Source: Octopus sinensis (taxonomy: Eukaryota). From it: a stretch of 12,209 nt of DNA. The first letter of the stretch is position 1, and each line of letters starts with the position of its first letter. This document shows positions 1 to 9,592 of the stretch, piece by piece. Under the pieces are notes generated by a model. The model had not been told where the DNA came from. It made no database searches and worked only from the letters and a program-made list of their open reading frames with translations. The position numbers and the translations under genes were made by a program. The stretch covers positions 1-12,209 of the forward strand of contig NW_021826462.1 in assembly GCF_006345805.1 (NCBI RefSeq), read 5' to 3'.

Positions 1-190
1 TATATATGTATGTATGTATGTATGTATGTGTATATATATATATGTCTGTGTGTATATATACATGTAATTATGTGCATATATACATATACGTAATATTACA
101 GATATATATATGTATATATATATATATATTGTATATATATATATATATATGATATATATATATATAATATATATATATAATATATATAAC
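1..190. repeat. (TA)n/(TATG)n microsatellite
   Basis: Near-pure TA and TATG iterations from the window start. Confidence 0.95.
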
Positions 191-387
191 TAGAGGGCTG
201 CACTAGCTAGCCAATATATCAAACAGACAACGTAAACAACAAATCTATGGCCATAAACACATTGGTTGAACACATCGTTGTGACGTGTTGATTGGACGGG
301 TGATTGTCACATGATACGGGATCATAGATTGTGACATGGTTACGGCTTTGGGCACAGATTGCAAGAAACCGGGGAGTCGGGGAAGGG

Positions 388-470
388 CAGCGGCGGCGGC
401 AGCGGCGGCGGTGGTGGTGGTTGTGGTGGTGGTGGTGGTGGTGGTGACTATCGTTGCCGTCGTCGTAGCT
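388..470. repeat. (GCG)n/(GGT)n trinucleotide repeat
   Basis: gcggcggcggcagcggcggcggtggtggtgg... run. Confidence 0.9.
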
Positions 471-484
471 AATGTTTGATTGAG

Positions 485-744
485 TGATAGATAGACACAT
501 AGAGACAGAGAAGTAAGAGAGAGAGAGAGAAAGAGAGACAGTGATACCGAGAGAGGGAGAGAGAGTAAATGCATAGTAAGTTAGATATGTTGATAGAGAG
601 ATAGTGATGCGTACACGCGTATATAAAATATACGCACATACATACGTATGTATATACGTAGATACATGGGTGTATAACTAGATACGTAGATAGATAGATA
701 GATAGATAGATAGAGAGATAGAGAGAGATAGATAGATAGATAGA

Positions 745-780
<36 letters not shown>

Positions 781-800
781 TAGATAGATAGATAGATAAT

Positions 801-855
<55 letters not shown>

Positions 856-863
856 GAGATAGG

Positions 864-903
<40 letters not shown>

Positions 904-915
904 AATAGAGACAGA
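485..915. repeat. Compound (GA)n/(GATA)n/(TA)n microsatellite
   Basis: Long GATA and GA tracts; these explain the S/L/Y/I-rich ORF 469..918. Confidence 0.95.
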
Positions 916-920
916 CATAT

Positions 921-1157
921 TACTCTTTTACTCTTTTACTTTTTTCAGTCATTTGACTGTGGCCATGCTGGAGCACCGCCTTTAGTCGAGCAAATCGACA
1001 TCAGGACTTATTAGCCTATCGGTCTTTTTTGCCGAACCGCCAAGTTACGGGGACGTAAACATACCAGCATCGGTTGTCAAGCGATATTTTTTTTGGGGGA
1101 GGGCAAACACAAACACACAAACATATACACACACGTACATATATATATATGTATATA
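921..1157 (-). mobile_element. 3' half (tail) of a tRNA-derived CORE-type SINE, no head of its own
   Basis: Highly similar to 1158-1400 and 9054-9300 (cagtcatttgactgtggccatgctggagcaccgcctttagtcgagcaaatcgac...gccgaaccg...ggggacgtaaac...cggttgtcaagcgat). On the minus strand it ends in short tandem GTAAAAGA tail repeats. Confidence 0.85.
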
Positions 1158-1395
1158 TACTCTTTTACTCCTTTACTCTTTTACTTGTTTCAGTCATTTG
1201 ACTGTGGCCATGCTGGAGCACCGCCTTTAGTCGAACAAATCGACCCCAGGACTTATTCTTTGTATACCCAGCACTTATTCTATCGGTTTTTTTTGCCGAA
1301 CCGCCATGTTACGGGGACGTAAACACACCAGTATCGGTTGTCAAGCGATGTTGGGGGGGGGGGCAAACAACACAAACATATACACACAAGTACAT

Positions 1396-1433
<38 letters not shown>

Positions 1434-1596
1434 CAACGGGCTTCTTTCAGGTTCCGTCTACCAAATCCACTCACAAGGCTTTGGTCGGCCCGAGGCTTTA
1501 GTAGAAGACACTTGCCCAAGGTGCCACACAGTGGGACTGAACCCGGAACTAAGTGGTGGTAAGCAAGCTGCTTACCACACAGCCACTCCTGTGCCT
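1158..1596 (-). mobile_element. Full-length tRNA-derived CORE-type SINE (octopus OR1/OR2-like by recall)
   Basis: The minus strand reads GGCACAGGAG-TGGCTGTGTGG (A box)...GGTTCAGTCCC (B box), then gtggcaccttgggcaagtgtcttctac (CORE-like), an internal (TA)/(TG) microsatellite and a GTAAAAGA-repeat tail. It matches 9054-9509 along its whole length. The family name is from memory and was not searched. Confidence 0.85.
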
Positions 1597-1624
1597 ATAT
1601 TGGTAAGTAGATAGAAACATACGG

Positions 1625-1745
1625 GCATTATATGTATATGTATATATGTACACACAGAAAGACAGACAGACAGATACAAACAAGTATTGACACACATGTA
1701 TTGACACACAGACAAAAAAAATTCACAAACAAAAAGACAGGACAG
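1625..1745. repeat. Degenerate (TA)/(CA)/(GACA) microsatellite
   Basis: tatgtatatg..., acacacagaaagacagacagacag. Confidence 0.75.
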
Positions 1746-2100
1746 GCAGAGCAACAGACCAAGTTGCCAGACTTCGAAGTCACAGTCAGACGAACAGACA
1801 GACGGCGTGATTCGGGCCAACAGTCACAATCAGATCGCATCAGAGTTGGTTTTCTTCTCTTTCTGCAGATCCGACCGAACGGTGCGAAAATTTGTTCGAT
1901 GCACCGGAACGGGAGAACGGTGTTACGTGGCGGATGGGGTGGGGTAGGGGGGGCTGTGCGGGGTGGGGGAAGAGGTCTGTTGCGTTGTGGGTCCCGTGTG
2001 GGGGTGGGGATTGGGTGGGTGTGAGGGAGTCGAGGTGGGGGAGGGTTTCGGACAACGAGGTAAAAACCTTGAGGTTTTTGTTTTTGGTAGGTTCTGACTA

Positions 2101-2117
2101 CGTTGTTGCTTTCCCGG

Positions 2118-2150
<33 letters not shown>

Positions 2151-2208
2151 TTGGTGGTGGTGGTAGTGGTGATGGTGGTGGTGGTTTTGGTGGTGATGGT
2201 GGTGGTGG
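2101..2208. repeat. (GTT)n/(GGT)n trinucleotide repeat
   Basis: Direct reading. Confidence 0.9.
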
Positions 2209-2290
2209 CGTTTTGTCAAAACTTAGCCCTTAACGATCAGTGTTATGACCCATGTCATACTCGCTTGTCATCAGAAGTAGAAAGATATCC

Positions 2291-2306
2291 AGAGAGACGG
2301 ACAGAC

Positions 2307-2355
<49 letters not shown>

Positions 2356-2404
2356 GGGAGATAGATAGAAAGATAGATAGATAGACAGTCAGACAGACAG
2401 ATAG
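2291..2404. repeat. (GACA)/(GA)/(GATA) microsatellite
   Basis: Direct reading. Confidence 0.9.
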
Positions 2405-2429
2405 AACGACACACGCAAGGTACCGCACA

Positions 2430-2449
2430 ATATATGTATATGTGTGTTA

Positions 2450-2499
<50 letters not shown>

Positions 2500-2695
2500 A
2501 TATTTCGGAATGGTCATATTGCACAACAAATATTTAAACGTATATAATATATATATATATACTAAGCAATAAGGGTTTAGCAACGAATTGCCTTCCAAAT
2601 TAATTAATTTCACCCTTCATTATTATATATATATATATATATATATATATTTACACACACACACACACATTTATATATATACATATACACATATA
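2430..2695. repeat. (TA)n tracts separated by short unique spacers, probably fragments of an interspersed repeat
   Basis: Three (TA)n blocks. The spacer motif at 2572-2591 recurs at 10528-10547 (18/20 identical). Confidence 0.75.
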
Positions 2696-2749
2696 TTTGG
2701 TAATAAGTGGCGGTAGTGATGGGGGAGGGGGAGAAGGATAAAGATGATC

Positions 2750-2874
2750 AGAGTGGTGGTGATGGTGAGGACAAAGAAAAAGAGGGAGAAAACGAAGAAT
2801 AGGAATAGAAGGAAGAAGAAGAAGAAGAAGAAGAAGAAAAAGAAAAAGAATGAGAAGAAGAAGAAGAAGAAGAA

Positions 2875-2912
<38 letters not shown>

Positions 2913-3137
2913 GATGAAGAGGAAAAGGAAGAAGTAGAAGAAGAAAAAGAAAAAGAGGAAGAAGAAGCTGATGAAGCTGAAGAGGAAGAAGGAGGAGGAA
3001 GAGGAGGAGGAGAAGAAGATGAAGATGATGAAGAAGAAAAAGAAGAACAACAACAACAACAACTACAACAACAACAACAACAACAACAAGTAAATAATGA
3101 ACAATAACAACAGCAACAACAGCGAGATGATGATGAC

Positions 3138-3187
<50 letters not shown>

Positions 3188-3200
3188 CGGTGATTGTAAT
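2750..3200. repeat. Compound trinucleotide array (GAA)/(GAT)/(GAG)/(CAA)/(GAT)
   Basis: Successive triplet tracts; these explain the poly-S/C/H/F/L ORFs at 2651-3297. Confidence 0.95.
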
Positions 3201-3320
3201 GCTGTCGATGTCCCCATTCGCTGTTTGTCACAATTAATAAAGATGGCGATGAAGTTGATGGTGATAAATATGATGATGAGGGATGAAGGTCACGCAACGA
3301 CGCTCTTAACGCTCCCCCAC

Positions 3321-3432
3321 CCCTTCTCTCTCTCTCTCTCTCTCTCCTTCTCTCTGTCCGTCTATTTATCTATCTATCTATCTATCTCTATCTCTCTATC
3401 TCTGTCTATCTACCTATCTATCTCTCTACCCC
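3321..3432. repeat. (CT)n/(CTAT)n microsatellite
   Basis: Direct reading. Confidence 0.9.
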
Positions 3433-3652
3433 TTCTACTCTGCCCCTGCAGACCTTTCACATATGTCTACTCAAAGTCAAATCGAAACAATAAAGGTCCC
3501 GTTCTTCTTGTCCTTTAACCCCAGGTCATTCACTATTAAGCAGACCCATGATCAAAGACGTTCCAGTTGCGATCATCATGCCTTTTTTCTGTCACTTCAG
3601 GAAATGTATTACGCAAATTGTCCTTTTCTAACACGGAGAGATATAACTCAAA

Positions 3653-5658
3653 GGAGATTTGGCTGCTATTTCTACCAGGTCTAACTACCATGTAGAGGTC
3701 TCCCTCATTGGCTCATACATACATATATATATACATAGATAAGAGAGTAGGGTGTGATTTGAGGGAGATTTGGCTGTTATTTCTACCAGGTCTAGCTACC
3801 ATGTAGAGGTCTCCCTCATTGGCTCATACATACATATATAAATAGATAAGAGAGTAGGGTGTAAATTGAGGGAGATTTGGCTGCTATTTCTACCAGGTCT
3901 ACTTACCATGTAGAGGTCTCACTCATTTGCTCATACATACATATATACATAGATAAGAGAGTAGGGTGTGATTTGAGGGAGATTTGGCTGCTATTTCTAG
4001 CAGGTCTAGCTACCATTTAGAGGTCTCCCTCATTGGCTCATACATACATATATACATAGATAAGAGAGTAGGGTGTGATTTGAGGGAGATTTGGCTGCTA
4101 TTTCTATCCAGGTCTAACTACCATGTAGAGGTCTCCCTCATTGACTCATACATACATATATACATAGATAAGAGAGTAGGGTGTGATTTGAGGGAGATTT
4201 GGCTGCTATTTCTAGCAGGTCTAACTACCATGTAGAAGTCTCCCTCATTGGCTCAACATAAACATATATACATAGATAAGAGAGTAAGGTGTGATTTGAG
4301 GGAGATTGGCTGCTATTTCTATCCAGGTCTAACTACCATGTAGAGGTTCTCCCTCATTGACTCATACATACATATATACAAGATAAGAGAGTAGGGGTGA
4401 TTTGAGGGAGATTTGGCTGCTATTCTAGCAGGTCTAACTACCATGTAGAGGTCTCCTCATTGACTCATATACATATATACATAGATAAGAGAGTAGGGTG
4501 TGATTGAGGGAGAATTTGGCTGCTATTTCTAGCAGGTCTAACTACCATGTAGAAGTCTCCCTCATTGGCTCATACATACATATATACATAGATAAGAGAG
4601 TAGGGTGTGATTTGAGGGAGATTTGGCTGCTATTTCTATCCAGGTCTAACTACCATGTAGAGGTCTCCCTCATTGACTCATACATACATATATACATAGA
4701 TAAGTGAGTAGGGTGTGATTTGAGGGAGATTTGGCTGCTATTTCTAGCAGGTCTAACTACCATGTAGAGGTCTACCTCATTGACTCATACATACATATAT
4801 ACATAGATAAGAGAGTAGGGTGTGATTTGAGGGAGATTTGGCTGCTATTTCTAGCAGGTCTAACTACCATGTAGAGGTCTCCCTCATTGACTCATACATA
4901 CATATATACATAGATAAGAGAGCAGGGTGCGATTCGAGGGATATTTGGCAGCTATTTCTAATGGGTCTACCTACCATGTAGAAGTCTCCCTCATTGGCTC
5001 ATACATACATATATACATAGATAAGAGAGTAGGGTGTGATCTGAGGGAGATTTGGCTGCTATTTCTAGCAGGTCTAACTACCATGTAGAGGTCTCCCTCA
5101 TTGACTCATACATACATATATACATAGATAAGAGAGCAGGGTGCGATTCGAGGGATATTTGGCAGTTATTTCTAATGGGTCTACCTACCATGTAGAAGTC
5201 TCCCTCATTGGCTCATACATAAATATCAGGCTGAACAAAAAGTAAGCAACGTTTTGAAACCTGGAATTCATCACAATATATTTCAACAATGCGGAAATTT
5301 TATTCATCAAAAGAAATTACCATTATACAATCAACACATTTTTGCCAACGAGTTACAAATTTGTTTATTCCGTTAACATAAAAATCTGGAGTTCTGGAGC
5401 TGATGAACCCTTTGAACACCCTTTCAGCATCGGTTTAATATTTTTCAACCCCTTCTCTCGCTGGAAGCCATCAAGGTGCTTGAAAAGGTGGTAATCGGTA
5501 GGAGAAAGATCTGTGGAATAATCTGGGAGGGGAAGAAATTCGTAGCCAAGTTCCCTCAACTTCTGGAGTGCCATTAATGGCCCGCTTCTGTTGACATAGA
5601 TAAGAGAGTAGGGTGTGATTTGAGGGAGATTTGGCTGCTATTTCTACCAGGTCTAGCT
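3653..5658. repeat. ~107-bp minisatellite, ~15 units plus a partial unit, interrupted at 5226-5593
   Basis: Unit: ggagatttggctgctatttcta(c/g)caggtctaactaccatgtagaggtctccctcattg(g/a)ctcatacatacatatatacatagataagagagtagggtgtgatttgag. Unit starts include 3653, 3764, 3871, 3978, 4085, 4832, 4939, 5046, 5153 and 5625. Confidence 0.97.
5226..5595 (-). mobile_element. Mariner (Hsmar1/cecropia-like) remnant: 3' TIR plus frameshifted transposase C-terminus
   Basis: The minus strand encodes VNRSGP|LMALQKLRELGYEFLPLPDYSTDLSPTDYHLFKHLDGF and, in a shifted frame, SRTPDFYVNGINKFVTRWQKCVDC (stop 5300-5302). As recalled, Hsmar1 has LQKLNELGYEVLPHPPYSPDLSPTDYHFFKHLDNF...FYATGINKLISRWQKCVDC. TA (5224-5225) followed by TCAGGCTGAACAAAAAGTAAGCAACGTTTT resembles the mariner TIR TTAGGTTGGTGCAAAAGTAATTGCGGTTTT. 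Confidence 0.92.
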
Positions 5659-5661
5659 AGC

Positions 5662-6915
5662 AGTGGTGATGTGAAGATTTGACATGGTACTAATGTGGTG
5701 GTGGTGGTGGTGGTGGTGGTGGTGGTGGTGGTGGTGGTACTAGTGGTGGTGGTGGTGGTGGTTGGTTGGTGGTACTATGGTGGTGTGGTGGTGGTGGTGG
5801 TGGTGTTGGTGGTGTTGTTGGTGGTGGTGGTGGTGGTGGTGGTACTACATATGGTGGTGGTGGTGGTGGTGGTGGTGGTCTGTGGTGTGGTGGTACTAGT
5901 TGTGGTGGTGGTGGTGGTGGTGGGTGGTGGTGTGGTGGTACTAGTGGTACTAGTGGTGGGGGTGGTGTGTGGTGGTGTGGTTACTATTGGTGGTGGTGGG
6001 GGTGTGGTGGTGGTGGTTGTGGTGGTGGTACTAGTGGTACTTAGTTGGATGGTGTGGTGGTGGTGGTTGTGTGTGGTAGACTAGTGTGGTGGTGGTGGTG
6101 GTGGTTGTGGTGGTGGTGGTGGTACTAGTGGTGGTGATTGGTGGTGGTGGTGAGGTGGGGTGGTGGGTTACTGAGTGGTGTGTGGTGTTGTGGTGGTGGT
6201 GGTGGTAAGCTAGTTGGTGGTGTGGTGGTGGTGGTGGTGGTGGTGTGTGGTGGGGGTGGTGGTACTAGTGGTTTTGGTTGTGGTGTTGTGGTGGTGGTAC
6301 TAGTGGGGTGGTGGTGGTGGTGGTGGTGGTGGTACTAGTGTGGTGGTGTGGTGGTGGTGGTGGTACTAGTGGTGGTGGTGGTGGTGGTGGTGGTTGGTGG
6401 TGATGGTACTAGTGGTGGTGTGGTGGTGATGTATGAGCCAATGTGGTGGTGGTGGTGGTGTGTGGTGGTGGTGTGGTGGTGGTGGTTGTGGTGGTGGTAC
6501 GATTTGGTGGTGGTGGTGGGTTAGGGTGGTGGTGGTGGTGGTGGTGGTGGTACTAGTGGTGGTGGTGGTGGTGGTTGTACTAGTGGTGGTGGCGGCGGTG
6601 GTGATAGCGGTGGTAGTGGTATTTGTAGTGGTGGTTGTCCTGGTAGTGATGGTAATGGCGGTGGAGGGTGGTTTTAGGGGTGGTGGTGGGGATGGGGTGC
6701 TGATGGTGGTGGTAGTGGTGGTGGTGGTGATGGTGGTGGTGGTGGTGGTGGTGGTGATGATGGTGGTTGTGGTGGTGGTGGTGGTGGTGATGGTGGTGGT
6801 AGTGGTGGTGGTGATAGCGGTGGTGGTGGTGTTTGTAGTGGTGGTTGTCGTGGTAGTGGTGGTAATAGCGATGGTGTTGGAGGTTGTAGCGGTGGTGGTA
6901 ATGGTAGTGATCGTG
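5662..6915. repeat. Long degenerate (GGT)n array punctuated by ACTAGT, grading into GTA/GAT/GCG variants
   Basis: About 1.25 kb of GGT triplets with recurrent ggtACTAGTggt; this explains the poly-V/G/W and poly-H/P ORFs. Confidence 0.95.
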
Positions 6916-7189
6916 GGGCCGGTGTTGCGGCTGCATGATGCTGCGCGTGCAGAAGCAGAGAGCCGAAAAATACGTTTGACATCGACGGAAGAGGGGAACG
7001 GTAGACATAGGCGGTTTGTGGGGGGGGGAGTAAATTCTACAGGGGTGGGCCGGGCAGGATTGCTTGGTCGAGCGGTTGTTTTGGGTGGGAACTAGGAGTA
7101 ACCGGGGGGAACCAAAGGGAGCCAGAGGGAAGGAGATTTTTGCGGATGGAGGAGTTACTGAAGAGCAGATTACGGAAACGAATGAGGGG

Positions 7190-7217
7190 GGAGAAGGAGA
7201 GAGAAGGAGAGAGAATG

Positions 7218-7248
<31 letters not shown>

Positions 7249-7702
7249 GGACAGAAGGGAGGGAGAGAGAGACAGACAGAGAGCGACAGAGACAATGACA
7301 GAGAGAGAGAGAGAGAGAGAGATGCAGGCAGGCCGACAGGCAGACAGAAGAGAAAGAGAGAGATAGACAAACAGACAGACAGGAGGGAGGGGGAGAGAAA
7401 CAGAGACGGAGAGAGAAACAGACAGACAGGAGGGAAAAAGAGAGAGGGAGAGAGAGACAGACAGACAGGAGGGAAAGAGAGTGAGGGGGAGAGAGGCAGA
7501 CAGACAGTAGGGAAAGAGAGAGGGGGAGAGAGACAGACTGACAGGAGGGAAAGAGAGTGGGGAGAGAGAGAGAGACAGACAGACAGAAGGGAGGGAGAAA
7601 GAGAGAGAGAGATGCAGACAGACCGATAGACAGAGGCAGACAGACAGACAGAAGAGAAAGAGAGAAAGACAGACAGACAGGCAGAGACAGACAGACAGAC
7701 AG

Positions 7703-7736
<34 letters not shown>

Positions 7737-7773
7737 TAGAGAAAGAAAGAGAGTGAAGGAAAGAAAGAAAGAA

Positions 7774-7830
<57 letters not shown>
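7190..7830. repeat. Compound (GA)/(GACA)/(GAAA) purine-rich microsatellite
   Basis: Direct reading; pure (GAAA)n at ~7760-7830. Confidence 0.95.
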
Positions 7831-7832
<2 letters not shown>

Positions 7833-8080
7833 CGATAAATACAAGAAAAGGGGTTGAAAGCAGACGTAATCTGGCGGGGAGAGAGAGGGGTCCAAGCAGA
7901 GGCAGAATGGGTCGCGAGGGCGAAAGGGACACGAGTTTTATTGGGATACGGTGTCGGAAGGAGCCAGATGTCGGTTCGGGTTGAGCGCTTCGCTAAAAGC
8001 TCATAGTTGTCACACGCAAGATCGCAGTTCATATTTCATCGGAAACAGGGGGGTTCATCTTTAATCGTTAATCTTTAAGC

Positions 8081-8106
8081 TTTGAATCTTTGAATCTTTG
8101 AATCTT
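8081..8106. repeat. TTTGAATC x3 short tandem repeat
   Basis: tttgaatctttgaatctttgaatctt, preceded by degenerate atctttaatc units. Confidence 0.8.
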
Positions 8107-8142
8107 CCATCTTTGGCTTTTGTTTCAGTCGTTCTCCGTGGT

Positions 8143-8583
<441 letters not shown>

Positions 8584-8585
<2 letters not shown>

Positions 8586-8971
8586 GGAGGCGCAATGGCC
8601 CAGTGGTTAGGGCAGCGGACTCGCGGTCATAGGATCGCAGTTTTGATTCCCAGACCGGGCGTTGTGAGTGTTTATTGAGCGAAAACACCTAAAGCTCCAC
8701 GAGGCTCCGGCAGGGGATGGTGGTGATCCTGCTGTACTCTTTCACCACAACTTTCTCTCACTCTTACTTCCTGTTTCTGTTGTACCTGTATTTCAAAGGG
8801 CCGGCCTTGTCACACTCTGTGTCACGCTGAATATCCCCGAGAACTACGTTAAGGGTACACGTGTCTGTGGAGTGCTCAGCCACTTACATGTTAATTTCAC
8901 GAGCAGGCTGTTCCGTTGATTCGGATCAACCGGAACCCTCGTCGTCGTAACCGACGGAATGCTTCCAACCA
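8584..8971 (+). mobile_element. tRNA-derived SINE, monomer 2 (shared head plus tail type 2)
   Basis: Same head as 8143-8325, with CpG decay in the B box (gcagttttgattccc). The tail differs (cttcctgtttctgttgtacc...cgtcgtaaccgacggaatgcttccaacca). It is followed by TCTCCGTGGT (8972-8981), which also precedes monomer 1 (8133-8142). Confidence 0.9.
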
Positions 8972-9053
8972 TCTCCGTGGTAAACGGCGATTTGACGTTT
9001 ATGTTTAGCATACAGGATATCCACTTTTAGTGGTCAGACCTCTCTCTCTCTCT

Positions 9054-9281
9054 CTCTCTTTTACTCTTTTACTTGTTATTTGACTGCGGCCATGCTGGAG
9101 CACCGCCTTTAGTCGAGCAAATCGACCCCGGGACTTATTATTCTTTGTAAGCCCAGCACGTATTCTATCGGTCTCTTTTGCCGAACCGCTAAGTGACGGG
9201 GACGTAAACACACCAGTATCGGTTGTCAAGCAATGCTAGGGGGACAAACACAGACACACAACCACACACACACACACACAT

Positions 9282-9335
<54 letters not shown>

Positions 9336-9509
9336 TACATATATACGACAGGCTTCTTTCAGTTTCCGTCTACCAAATCCACTCACAAGGTATTGTTCGA
9401 CCCGGGGCTATAGCAGAAGACACTTGCCCAAGATGCCACGCAGTGGGACTGAACCCGGAACCATGTGGTTGGTTAGCAAGCTATTTACCACACACCCACT
9501 CCTGCGCCT
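9054..9509 (-). mobile_element. Full-length tRNA-derived CORE-type SINE, same family as 1158-1596
   Basis: The minus strand starts GGCGCAGGAGTGGGTGTGTGG, with B box GGTTCAGTCCC, a CORE-like segment, an internal (TA)/(TG) tract at ~9245-9345 and a GTAAAAGA tail. It has a small deletion near 9075. Confidence 0.88.
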
Positions 9510-9592
9510 CTAAATTTTGTATGTAAAACAATTTTTAATATTCGGATTTTTTAAGATGCTAAGCCACTGGTTTTAACCAATTAATATCAATT

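Noticed and set aside
219-918. ORFs with poly-His/Thr/Ala and SLSIY repeats
   Set aside because: They are direct translations of GGT, GA and GATA microsatellites with no complex domain.
2225-2280. CTGATGA on the minus strand (2268-2274) next to a TATGAC/GTCATA hairpin
   Set aside because: No GAAA in register and no stem I or stem III, so it is not a hammerhead as it stands.
2651-3297. 188-208 aa ORFs (poly-S/C/H/F)
   Set aside because: Compound trinucleotide repeat that is open in several frames by construction.
4300-4520. Cluster of single-base indels in minisatellite units 7-9
   Set aside because: They are mostly homopolymer gains or losses typical of long-read consensus error, so they were not treated as biological.
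3984-4707. Repeated ORFs MAAISSRSSYHLEVSLIGSY...
   Set aside because: These are minisatellite translations. The 107-bp unit is not a multiple of 3 and some starts are non-ATG.
3653-5225. CRISPR-like appearance of the tandem array
   Set aside because: The whole unit is repeated with no unique spacers, the context is eukaryotic, and there are no cas genes.
6433-8032. Long ORFs of 220-450 aa on both strands
   Set aside because: They are mostly GGT/GA/GACA/GAAA repeat translations. The short complex parts match no family I recognise.
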